From assembly GCA_007116765.1 (NCBI GenBank), contig SKHV01000088.1, forward strand, positions 1 to 56,205: a stretch of DNA of 56,205 nucleotides. The letters are read 5' to 3'. A program made the translations under genes and the position numbers. Origin of the DNA: Prolixibacteraceae bacterium. GTDB taxonomy: Bacteria > Bacteroidota > Bacteroidia > Bacteroidales > Prolixibacteraceae. The notes beneath the pieces were generated by a model. It saw nothing but the letters and a program-made list of their open reading frames with translations, was not told where the DNA came from and made no database searches. The number at the start of each line of letters is the position of its first letter. Within the stretch, counting starts at the first letter, position 1. Shown here one piece after another: positions 20,779 to 30,007 of the stretch.

Positions 20779-21312
20779 AGCTTCTTTATTAATAGAAGAA
20801 AACCACCACCACAGGACAAATATTATTAAATATATTACTCCTTGAAAAATAAAGTGATGATACAAATCGAGCAGATGATATTTATTAGCCGCAATTACAG
20901 CTAAAGCTGCCATTCGCAAAGAATTCAGAAGAAATATTAGCCCAATACCGGTTGGAATAAACCAAAGTTTAGTCCTAAGCCTTCCGGGATAAGCCATAAT
21001 GAAAATCATAAAAATAAAAAACAGATTAATTCCCATACAATCGTACACAACCTCAATGGACTGACTTGCACCGGTAAGCCAAAGCTTATTCATGCTAGGG
21101 TCAACTGAAGTATCGTATCCTAAAATGCTTAATACAAAGTTGGCAATTATCAGATATGCACTCGCCCATGTATTTGTAAATTCCATGTACTGACCTTCGA
21201 GTATCATCCATTTTCTGAAAACCCTCCAAAGCAGAAATAAACTACCCCCAATAATCAAAAATCGGTTTAAATCGGTAGTACTGCGATATTTGTTAATTAG
21301 TTTTTTCAACAT
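20767..21312 (-). CDS. Exosortase/archaeosortase family protein (short Bacteroidota XrtF/X/Y-like form)
   Basis: Multi-TM protein with EVVYDC(92)MG, FIMAYPG, NSLR(133), YH(152)H, the Cys-Arg-His arrangement of exosortases. Confidence 0.8.
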   Translation of the reverse strand: MLKKLINKYRSTTDLNRFLIIGGSLFLLWRVFRKWMILEGQYMEFTNTWASAYLIIANFVLSILGYDTSVDPSMNKLWLTGASQSIEVVYDCMGINLFFIFMIFIMAYPGRLRTKLWFIPTGIGLIFLLNSLRMAALAVIAANKYHLLDLYHHFIFQGVIYLIIFVLWWWFSSINKEALNP

Positions 21313-21313
21313 C

Positions 21314-22339
21314 TTAGTTGAGCACGAAACGGTATGTTATAGTACCTGTTTGCAGAGCCGGAGCATTTGGGTCGGCATTAAACCGGGTTGAAAGTGCTGC
21401 ACGCCTTGCTGCATTAAGCAACTCGGAATTCAACGAGGTTGAGCCGCGTGCACCTGCAGTTGCGTTTGTAACTTGTCCGTTTTTATCAACCGTAATTTGT
21501 ACTACTACCACACCTTCGTCCTGCACGTTGTACTCGGGACGTGCCAAGTTTTCAGATGACCGCCCTGTAAGATCGAAGGTAATTCCTTCGCCACTACCCG
21601 GCCCGTAACGCTCGGTGCCTGCAGTACCTGTTGGGCTACCCTGGTTTCCGCCTTCGTAGGTTGTCCCTTGCCCCGACGAACTATTGTCGGGTGATTGACC
21701 TGTAGTACCTGAAAATACATTGCGGGCACGTGAGTTTATTTCATCAATACGAGCTTGCTCTTCGGCACGCCTTAGACTGTCTTGCCTTCGAGCTTCGGCA
21801 ATGCGTCGTTCTTCGGCAAGTCGTTGTTCTTCAATTCGTCTGATGCTGTCGGCACGTTGCTGTTCAATTTGAGCCAACCTTCTACGCTCGGCTTCAGCTT
21901 CAAGGCGCTGTTGTTCTTGTCTTTCACGTTCTTCTTGCTCACGTAAACGGCGCTCTTCATTTCTTCGCGCCTGCTCTTCTTCTTCTCTTTTCTTTGCCTC
22001 TTCGATAGCGGCTGACTCTTCAAAATCCTGTGTAAGTAATTCTTCTTGCTCCGACGATGCAGATGGAGTTTGTGCCGGTGCCGGTGGTTCAGGTACAGTT
22101 GGCTGGGGAGGCTGAGCCTGTGATTCCTGCGGTTGGGGCTGTGGCTGAGGAGTTGGGCGCGGTGCAGGATCAATCCTGCCCTGCCCTGTATTGCCGGTTC
22201 CAAAATCTATCAACACTCCTTTCTCCTCGGGTAAAGGTAAAGGAGTGAAAAATCCGGCTTGAAGCAAAATAAGCACTATCAATGCATGAAATGCAAGGGT
22301 AAGTATTATTCCTTCTTTATGTTCTTTAAAATAACTCAC
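21314..22339 (-). CDS. TonB/TolA-family energy transducer
   Basis: TM anchor with His (TLAFHALI), Pro/Gln-rich linker, long E/R/Q/A helix, TonB C-terminal domain (GVVVVQITVDKNGQV...QTGTITYRF). Confidence 0.88.
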   Translation of the reverse strand: MSYFKEHKEGIILTLAFHALIVLILLQAGFFTPLPLPEEKGVLIDFGTGNTGQGRIDPAPRPTPQPQPQPQESQAQPPQPTVPEPPAPAQTPSASSEQEELLTQDFEESAAIEEAKKREEEEQARRNEERRLREQEERERQEQQRLEAEAERRRLAQIEQQRADSIRRIEEQRLAEERRIAEARRQDSLRRAEEQARIDEINSRARNVFSGTTGQSPDNSSSGQGTTYEGGNQGSPTGTAGTERYGPGSGEGITFDLTGRSSENLARPEYNVQDEGVVVVQITVDKNGQVTNATAGARGSTSLNSELLNAARRAALSTRFNADPNAPALQTGTITYRFVLN

Positions 22340-22343
22340 AAAT

Positions 22344-22751
22344 TTATCTTTCAGGACTAGTAGCCAAAATCATTTTATATTCATTACGTCGGGCAATGTT
22401 CATTATTTTCACCACCTCGTCAATCGGCACCTGCTTATCGGCATGCAACGACAGGTAAACATCTTCGCCAACCCCCATAATTCGTTGTAAAAATGGTTCA
22501 ATTTCATTAAACCGCACCTGAGTAACGTTACCGTCGTTATTAATGTGGTAAGTTAAATCATGGGTTATTGAAATTGTGGTTAATGGTTTTGCCTGCGTCT
22601 GATTGTTACTTTGTGGTAAAAGCAACTTCAGTGCATTGGGAGCAATTAGTGTTGATGTTACCATGAAAAAAATTAGTAGCAAAAACACAATATCAGTCAT
22701 CGATGACATGCTGAACGATGCATTTATTCTATGTCTCTTTTTTAATCCCAT
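22344..22751 (-). CDS. exbD: Biopolymer transport protein ExbD/TolR
   Basis: MTDIVFLLLIFFMV TM motif with Asp; LHADKQV. Confidence 0.93.
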   Translation of the reverse strand: MGLKKRHRINASFSMSSMTDIVFLLLIFFMVTSTLIAPNALKLLLPQSNNQTQAKPLTTISITHDLTYHINNDGNVTQVRFNEIEPFLQRIMGVGEDVYLSLHADKQVPIDEVVKIMNIARRNEYKMILATSPER

Positions 22752-22759
22752 GTTATTTA

Positions 22760-23452
22760 TTATGATGCAGGTTCATTCAGAAGATCCATGAAATCGGTGG
22801 TGTGTGCTTCCATTTTAAATACAATATTTTCAACTCTAGACACAAGAATATTATAGGCAAAATAAGCCACAATTCCTACCATAAGCCCGGCAACAGTAGT
22901 AACCATTGCCTGATATATCCCTGAAGAAAGCAAGGTCACGTCAATGTTACTTCCGTGCTGAGCCATATCGTAAAACGCACGAATCATACCCATTACAGTT
23001 CCAAGGAAACCTATCATTGGTGCACCTCCGGCCACACTTGCCAATAGCGGCAACCCTTTCTCGAGCTTAGAAACTTCGAGGTTACCCACGTTTTCAATTG
23101 CGGCATGTACGTCGTTCAGAGGACGCCCTATTCGTAATATTCCCTTTTCAATCATTCGGGTAAAAGGCTTGTTGGCCGAACGGCATAAAGCTAAAGCCGA
23201 ATCGATTTTACCTTCCTGGATATGCTGCTTTATCTGGTTCATAAGGTTCGTATCGAATTTTGATGCACGTTGAAGAGCAAACCAGCGGTCGCCAAATATA
23301 AAAATTGCAATTACCGATAATAGAAGGATTGGAACCATTATCCAACCACCTTTTAAGGCCAGGCTCCAAAAATCGAGCGATATTCCATCGGGTTCAACAG
23401 CCATAGCTGCTTCGGCTGCTTGAGTAACTTGTAGAAGAAAAAAAGCTAACAT
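22760..23452 (-). CDS. exbB: MotA/TolQ/ExbB proton channel protein
   Basis: GGWIMVPI, APMIGFLGTVMGMIRAF, GIYQAMVTTVAGL. Confidence 0.93.
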   Translation of the reverse strand: MLAFFLLQVTQAAEAAMAVEPDGISLDFWSLALKGGWIMVPILLLSVIAIFIFGDRWFALQRASKFDTNLMNQIKQHIQEGKIDSALALCRSANKPFTRMIEKGILRIGRPLNDVHAAIENVGNLEVSKLEKGLPLLASVAGGAPMIGFLGTVMGMIRAFYDMAQHGSNIDVTLLSSGIYQAMVTTVAGLMVGIVAYFAYNILVSRVENIVFKMEAHTTDFMDLLNEPAS

Positions 23453-23554
23453 ATTTTATCTGTTTTAAACTTTGTTATAAACGATAGACTTATTTTTTTA
23501 GTACTTAATATTTCTGAATAACTTTCACAAAATAAATAAACAATTCCGAATACG

Positions 23555-26500
23555 CTAAAGCATTTCAGATAATTCATCATCGGGTTCTTCACTAATTTTT
23601 CTATTACGTCTGTTTATTAAAGCTTTATATCGTTTTACTAAATCGGCAAAACGATTAAAATCTTCACGATATGAAAACCCAATTCCCTGAGTATAGGGCG
23701 CAGTATCGTAAATTAAATTATCGTTAGAACGGTTATAGGCCTTAAATTGAAATTTTCCGTTTTCAGTTAATTTTATATTGAAATCGAAATCGCCAATAAT
23801 CTCACTGTTATTATTCGATGTTGGGTTGGCGTTATTGGCAAAATTTCCATTAATTGTTATTCTATCGTTTAGTATTTGTGTGCTAATAGCAAATTCAAGC
23901 TGATCATTAGTTATTTCGTTACCGGGTCTGTAATTCACTCCTAAATCAAACACATTACTCATCTTCGAAAGCCAGTTTGATAATTGATTCGAGATTAGTT
24001 CAGAAGCTGTTGTTCCAACCAGTTCTGCTCCTGTTTCTCCTGCTGCACGTCCTGCAAAGAATTCGGGAGTATAAAAGCGTCCAAGCATCAACAGCGAAAT
24101 AATTTGTTTGTTTACATCCTCGGGGGTTGCGATAAGTTGGCTTACCTCATCTTTTATTCGTTCTTCGGCAGTTGGCAATTCAACTGCAAACGAAATATCG
24201 GGTTGATTCAAAGTTTCTTTCAGGTAAATGATACAATCGACCGGAATTCTTCGTGAAAGATCAACATTATCGTAGGCTCCCACAAACAAATCATGTAACG
24301 AAGGTTTTACTTTGTAAACCGCAGTAATATCAATCAACGCATCGTAAGGATCTCCTATCCACTCCATGGTGCTTCCTCTCTCAATCGAAAAACGTTTATT
24401 GACTACATTTTGAAGCGTGAATAAATAATCACCTTCTTCAATAATATAGTCTCCATAAAGGTCAATGTTGTAATTTCGGTCGACACGCACCTGAAGGTTT
24501 CCGTTGCCGGTTCCCCTTATAATATCGCCCATCTGGTTATTGAATATTATTTGTAATCTTGCTTCGGGTGTTACTTCCAGATCGAAATTTATATTTAGTC
24601 CTGATGTCGACACATTGTATTCCGTTAGAGTTTGCTCAAGCTGTCGGGTTCCTACGAACTCAACAAAATCGTAACGTTGAGCACTGCTGGCTGTTTCAAA
24701 CGGGATATTCACCACTGTGCCCCTTTCGCTGCGAACATTGCCTGAAATCAGAATATCGAGGTCGGCTCCGGTAATTTCTACATCACCACTTAAAAAAGCG
24801 GCACCATAAAAGTACGGATTATCGTGTATCGTTGTATTCAGTGCATGAATTCTAGATGCTTCAATCGATAAATCATACTCCATATTCTTGAACGACTTGT
24901 GCGAGATTTGTCCGCGTAGTACTCCTCGATTTCCATATACGTCGAATATATTTATATTCTGAAAAACAATTGAATCGCCTTTAAAATGAACCGGATCATC
25001 AAAACTATAAATTGTATTCAGGTAAGAGATACCCATTTTACATTTGCCAACAGGAGTAAGCATTCCATCGTGTTTCAGGTGTTTAACATCTCCATTTAAA
25101 TGAACACTACCCGATACCAGTCCCTCGTATGCATTGAATGTTGAAGGGATAAACACTTCAAGTATTGCAATTGGCGTTTCAATAAAGTCTAGTTGCAAAT
25201 CAAGTTCACCGTAAATAGGATCGATTGTTCCAGTTGCACTTAACAGCAAATCGTTGTTATTCACAATTTCTAAGTTTGAAACTAAATTATCCTCTTCCGT
25301 ATCCCAATAGCTTTCCAAAATCAGGTCGCCCATGCGATTTCGATTGAACGACAAATTGCTTATTTCCATCTCCATTTCGAGCATGAAATGCGAATAAGCA
25401 TCCTGTAACGAAGCCTGTCCGTTTATATATCCTGTAAAATCGGATGTTGCCATAAGAGGTTCAAGCAGCAACAAGTCAATATTGTTCGCACCAATATTTA
25501 AAACTGCATCGGGATTTTCTGCAATAAGCCCATCTATATTGAGATACTGCTTATGGTTATGGCTGTAAAACGAAAAGTTGTCGAATTGAATCGATGAGGA
25601 ATCAACTAATATTTGTGTTTTTGCTAAATGCCAAAGCGAGTCGGCAAAATAAAGATTTGCAGGTTCAATATCGATGACTACGTGCGGATAAGAGGTATTT
25701 GTTTTTTCAAAGCTTGTTGAAGTTTTAATAGTTCCGCTATAAGTTTGGTTTTGATAATTGTTCCAGAAAAGGTCAATATCGAGTTGGTCGTTCGCACCCG
25801 AAACATTCACAGTGAAATTGTACAAGCTGGATCGCCTTCCTATGTTTATTTTCCCGCTATTGGTTCTACAAAAGAATTGGTCTTCATGGGCATCAAGCCT
25901 CATCGTTATGTTTTCGAATTCTTTGTTGTCGAAGCTTAAAAAAGGTATTGCTGTTTCGAGAGCAGCCCTTTGTAAAGCCGCATTATAATTTCCCTCAATG
26001 AGAATATCCGGAGCAAGTTCCAGCTCGGGTCTGAATAATCGAGCAAGCGGATCAATGTCTTTCACTCTGAAACTGAAGCTAAAATCATCGGATGAATTTA
26101 GTTGTGGCTCAGAAGTGTAGTAAGACGACGGCAAATAGTGTTGATAAAAACTAATGAGCGATTGCCCCATTTCCTGAAAATTGTAATTTCCAATGATTTC
26201 TCCGTCAACTATATCACTTCTTACTGTAAATATATTCTGCACATGCCCCACAGTGTTTATCATTTCGATTTGAGAAATGGTAACACTGTCGTTTTCATTT
26301 TCGAAATAAAGCCGGTCAAATAAAACATTACCTTTTATGTTATTCACGCTGTTCCCGCTAAAATTAGCATCCACATCAAAACTTGCAACAGAATAATTAT
26401 TTTCAATCAAATTTAGGTTGCCCAGATTGATATATCCTACACTTGCATTAAAGTTAAACTCAGGCAATTCAGATGAAAGGTCAAGTTTCCCATGAAAATT

Positions 26501-27943
26501 CATTTCAATATTAGGATCGGTAATATTGAGAGCTCCGGCAAAGCGGTCGTTAATCATTTCACCATCGATATCGATCATTCTGAATCGATAATCACGATAA
26601 TCAAGTGAATCGATTCTACCATCGAGAACGAAATCGAAATTTGCATCATAATCAATAGTACCGAACAAATCTCCATTGAAAGTAATTTTATCAAGGTCGT
26701 CGTTACCGAAAATTTCGCCAATATTAAGATCAATCACAGCAGCCTGCCCACTCAAGAAAAGTGATTCTTCTTTGTGAGGCCTTATTGATACATCGGTACG
26801 CAAGGTACCCAGATTACTGTAGGCAGTCCCATAGGCCACAAAATCATCAAGGAATCCTGTAAAATTACCCCTATAACTGAATGCGCCCAAATTATCGAAA
26901 AATGAAGGTAGATTATCAATCGACGTTTTAATTCGAGGAGGTAAATCGAGGTTCCGAATTTCGTTCAAGTCAGCAAACGATTCGTTCAAATCGAAGAAAA
27001 TGTACGACGATCTATAGTCAGGCAAGCCGTTAATATAAAAGTCGCCATTTAAACGGGTAAAGTCCCCCACATTAATGACAAAGTCGCGACCCCGTAAATC
27101 GTCAAGTGTTCCTCTCAGTTTTCCCGACAAGTTTGCTGAAAACTCAACTTTCCCAAAGTCGCTGTACCAGTATGCAATATCGCGGAAACCAAAATCGATG
27201 CTGGTTATATCCACTTCATAAAAAACATCTTCGTACATGCCGCTTTTCAGATAAGCGTTTAAATCGGCATGAATTGTATCAATAATCACTTCGGAATATT
27301 TCGAACTTGCAATAAATTCATCTATTATTAATGTACTGTCGCGGTATTGGAAATTTGCCGACAACTTTTTCATTTCGAATCCCGACAAGGAATGCATCGA
27401 CAAATCAGACAATTTAAACGAGTAATTGCGTTCGGGGAGTATTTTAATGTCCGACAGCTCAACATTTAAATTATCGAAAACAACAAACTCGGCAAATTGC
27501 GGTGTATGTGTAGGGTTTTTGAAGGTGAAAAACCCGTTTGATAATGTAATAACATCTCCGTTTATTAACCAATCGTTTATTACAATTGCATTATCGGAGG
27601 CATACAAATCGAGTAAAAAATTAAAATTAAATTCTCCCAAATTGTATTTTTCAATTGACACTTCAGGTTTAATAAGCTCAACAGAAGCTAAGTTTATCTG
27701 TTTGCTCTTGAACGAAAGCAAATCAATATTGGCAACCAGCTGTTCAATGTAAAGTAAGGTATCCTTTTTCTGATCACTCATGTAAATTTCATCAAGCACC
27801 ACATTCTTAAATGGCCTGATTCTCACACGCTTTATCGAAATATCGGTATTGGTTTTTTCGGACAAATTCTTGGTTACGGCAGCAATTATGGCAGTTTGAA
27901 CAATTTTACTCTGAAAAACTGCAACCACTACCCCTCCCATCAA
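23555..27943 (-). CDS. tamB: Translocation/assembly module TamB (DUF490) family protein; true start probably further upstream (27991-28006)
   Basis: About 1460 aa of beta-rich sequence, N-terminal TM anchor, C-terminal GDYLFT...W.GDPYDA...YTQGIG.SYREDF typical of Bacteroidota TamB; divergent from tsaD. Confidence 0.85.
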   Translation of the reverse strand: MMGGVVVAVFQSKIVQTAIIAAVTKNLSEKTNTDISIKRVRIRPFKNVVLDEIYMSDQKKDTLLYIEQLVANIDLLSFKSKQINLASVELIKPEVSIEKYNLGEFNFNFLLDLYASDNAIVINDWLINGDVITLSNGFFTFKNPTHTPQFAEFVVFDNLNVELSDIKILPERNYSFKLSDLSMHSLSGFEMKKLSANFQYRDSTLIIDEFIASSKYSEVIIDTIHADLNAYLKSGMYEDVFYEVDITSIDFGFRDIAYWYSDFGKVEFSANLSGKLRGTLDDLRGRDFVINVGDFTRLNGDFYINGLPDYRSSYIFFDLNESFADLNEIRNLDLPPRIKTSIDNLPSFFDNLGAFSYRGNFTGFLDDFVAYGTAYSNLGTLRTDVSIRPHKEESLFLSGQAAVIDLNIGEIFGNDDLDKITFNGDLFGTIDYDANFDFVLDGRIDSLDYRDYRFRMIDIDGEMINDRFAGALNITDPNIEMNFHGKLDLSSELPEFNFNASVGYINLGNLNLIENNYSVASFDVDANFSGNSVNNIKGNVLFDRLYFENENDSVTISQIEMINTVGHVQNIFTVRSDIVDGEIIGNYNFQEMGQSLISFYQHYLPSSYYTSEPQLNSSDDFSFSFRVKDIDPLARLFRPELELAPDILIEGNYNAALQRAALETAIPFLSFDNKEFENITMRLDAHEDQFFCRTNSGKINIGRRSSLYNFTVNVSGANDQLDIDLFWNNYQNQTYSGTIKTSTSFEKTNTSYPHVVIDIEPANLYFADSLWHLAKTQILVDSSSIQFDNFSFYSHNHKQYLNIDGLIAENPDAVLNIGANNIDLLLLEPLMATSDFTGYINGQASLQDAYSHFMLEMEMEISNLSFNRNRMGDLILESYWDTEEDNLVSNLEIVNNNDLLLSATGTIDPIYGELDLQLDFIETPIAILEVFIPSTFNAYEGLVSGSVHLNGDVKHLKHDGMLTPVGKCKMGISYLNTIYSFDDPVHFKGDSIVFQNINIFDVYGNRGVLRGQISHKSFKNMEYDLSIEASRIHALNTTIHDNPYFYGAAFLSGDVEITGADLDILISGNVRSERGTVVNIPFETASSAQRYDFVEFVGTRQLEQTLTEYNVSTSGLNINFDLEVTPEARLQIIFNNQMGDIIRGTGNGNLQVRVDRNYNIDLYGDYIIEEGDYLFTLQNVVNKRFSIERGSTMEWIGDPYDALIDITAVYKVKPSLHDLFVGAYDNVDLSRRIPVDCIIYLKETLNQPDISFAVELPTAEERIKDEVSQLIATPEDVNKQIISLLMLGRFYTPEFFAGRAAGETGAELVGTTASELISNQLSNWLSKMSNVFDLGVNYRPGNEITNDQLEFAISTQILNDRITINGNFANNANPTSNNNSEIIGDFDFNIKLTENGKFQFKAYNRSNDNLIYDTAPYTQGIGFSYREDFNRFADLVKRYKALINRRNRKISEEPDDELSEML

Positions 27944-28087
27944 AATGAAAATGGTAAAAACAATTAATAATATTTTCAGCGTTTTTTTAATAATTTTGCC
28001 CTCCAGTTAATAGATTATACAAAATAATAGAATTTGCTTCAATAATTAAGAGTATAGTGACTGAAAAATAGCTTAAAAATCAAAAAA

Positions 28088-29122
28088 ATGACAAAAAGCA
28101 ATAATACTATAATAATAGGCATTGAAACAAGTTGCGACGATACCTCTGCAGCTGTAATTGAAAACGGTATTATACGCTCAAATATTATAGCCAGTCAAAA
28201 AGTTCATGAAGAATACGGGGGGGTTGTTCCCGAACTAGCATCTAGAGCACATCAAAAAAACATAGTTCCAGTTGTAGATCAGGCTATTAAAAAAGCCGGA
28301 ATAAAGAAAGAACAAATTAATGCAATAGCTTATACCCGCGGCCCGGGCTTACTGGGCTCGCTGCTTGTAGGGGCTTCATTTACAAAAGGTTTATCGCTGG
28401 CGTTAAATATTCCCATGCTGGAAGTAAATCACCTGCAAGGTCATGTTTTGGCGCATTTCATCAAGAAGAACGAACACGATACAAGTCAGCCTGCATTTCC
28501 TCATTTATGCCTACTGATTTCGGGCGGAAACTCTCAAATAATAAAAGTTAAAAGCCATCTTGAAATGGAAGTGATTGGCCAAACCATTGACGATGCGGCC
28601 GGAGAAGCCTTTGATAAATGTGCCAAAGTAATGGGACTGCCCTACCCCGGAGGCCCATTAATTGACAAACTTGCACAAACAGGAAACCCCAATGCCATTA
28701 AATTTAACAAGCCCCGAATCTCTAATCTAAATTATAGCTTTAGCGGACTGAAAACTAGCTTTTTATACCATTTACGCGACATGCTAAAAATTGACTCTCA
28801 GTATATCGAGAAAAACAAGGAAGACCTCAGTGCTTCACTACAAAAAACAATTATCGACATACTTTTTGGGAAGCTTGTAAGGGCATCGAAAGAAACAGGA
28901 ATAAAAGTAATAACTGTTGCCGGTGGAGTATCGGCAAATTCGGGACTGCGTGCCGAACTGAAAAAAGAAGCTGAAAAGAGGCAATGGAACTTGTTCATTC
29001 CAGAATTAAGTTACACAACCGATAACGCTGCGATGATAGCAATTACCGGTTTTTACAAGTTTTTGGAAAAGCAAACTTCAGGTCACAACTCAGTGCCTTT
29101 TGCCCGAATGATGATTGAATAA
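28088..29122 (+). CDS. tsaD: tRNA N6-adenosine threonylcarbamoyltransferase TsaD
   Basis: GIETSCDDT, GGVVPELASRAH, GPGL, DDAAGEAFDK, SFSGLKT, GGVSAN, TDNAAMI. Confidence 0.96.
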   Translation: MTKSNNTIIIGIETSCDDTSAAVIENGIIRSNIIASQKVHEEYGGVVPELASRAHQKNIVPVVDQAIKKAGIKKEQINAIAYTRGPGLLGSLLVGASFTKGLSLALNIPMLEVNHLQGHVLAHFIKKNEHDTSQPAFPHLCLLISGGNSQIIKVKSHLEMEVIGQTIDDAAGEAFDKCAKVMGLPYPGGPLIDKLAQTGNPNAIKFNKPRISNLNYSFSGLKTSFLYHLRDMLKIDSQYIEKNKEDLSASLQKTIIDILFGKLVRASKETGIKVITVAGGVSANSGLRAELKKEAEKRQWNLFIPELSYTTDNAAMIAITGFYKFLEKQTSGHNSVPFARMMIE

Positions 29123-29125
29123 ACC

Positions 29126-29836
29126 TTACAATAAATCTCTGAAATTCAACAGTTCGTTTTCAGTTTTCACTTCAGCAACCATGTTGTTTTCACAAATGAA
29201 TGTACGAGCGGGAAACCTATCAATCAATAACTTATCATGAGTGGCCATTACAACGGTTTTTCCCTCGGAATGTATTTTCTTAAACAAATTGAGTATTTCA
29301 ACCGAAGTATCAGGATCGAGGTTTCCGGTAGGTTCATCGGCCAGAATAATTTCAGGGTTATTAAGCATCGCACGTGCAATTACTATGCGCTGCTGTTCGC
29401 CTCCCGATAATTGATGAGGCATTTTATATTTCACACCCGGCATTCCAACTGCTTCAAGTGTTTCGTTTACACGGGCATCCATAGCAGCCTTATCGGTCCA
29501 GCCGGTGGCACTTAACACAAACACGAGGTTATTGTATACATTACGGTCGGTCAACAACTTGAAATCCTGAAAAACAACACCCAACCTTCTCCTCAACATG
29601 GGAATTTCTTTATTCTTAATGGATTCAATAGCATAACCTAACACACTAATGTTTCCTTTATAAAGAGGAATTTCGGCGTTCAGTGTTTTAATTAAACTCG
29701 ACTTGCCGCTACCCACTCTGCCCACAATGTAAACAAATTCATTCTTCAATATTTCAAGATTCACATTGGTTAGCACAAGCTGCTCGCGCTGAAAAATATC
29801 GGCACCCTTTATTACTATCGACAATTCATTCTGCAT
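29126..29836 (-). CDS. FtsE-like ABC ATP-binding protein
   Basis: GRVGSGKS, RRRLGVVFQDFKLL, LSGGEQQR, ILADEPTGNLD, MATH. Confidence 0.88.
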   Translation of the reverse strand: MQNELSIVIKGADIFQREQLVLTNVNLEILKNEFVYIVGRVGSGKSSLIKTLNAEIPLYKGNISVLGYAIESIKNKEIPMLRRRLGVVFQDFKLLTDRNVYNNLVFVLSATGWTDKAAMDARVNETLEAVGMPGVKYKMPHQLSGGEQQRIVIARAMLNNPEIILADEPTGNLDPDTSVEILNLFKKIHSEGKTVVMATHDKLLIDRFPARTFICENNMVAEVKTENELLNFRDLL

Positions 29837-29853
29837 AAGCTAAGTTTTATCCA

Positions 29854-29861
29854 CAAAACTA
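29854..29861 (-). promoter_or_regulatory. -7 promoter element for the ftsE-like gene
   Basis: CAAAACTA on + reads TAGTTTTG on -, 17 nt upstream of the ATG. Confidence 0.5.
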
Positions 29862-30007
29862 AATTTTTTTTGTTACAACAATATACTATATGCAAGTAAT
29901 AAACAGTTTTATGTTGAGAACTCATTGTAGAATAAATGTATCATTAAAATAGAAATAGTTATTTTTACGCTGATTTTTAAATCAAACAACCGAATAAATA
30001 CATACTA

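Noticed and set aside
21780-22160. Repetitive DNA within tonB considered as a tandem repeat or array
   Set aside because: Explained by low-complexity protein coding (PQ and E/R-rich helix); no exact nucleotide repeat unit.
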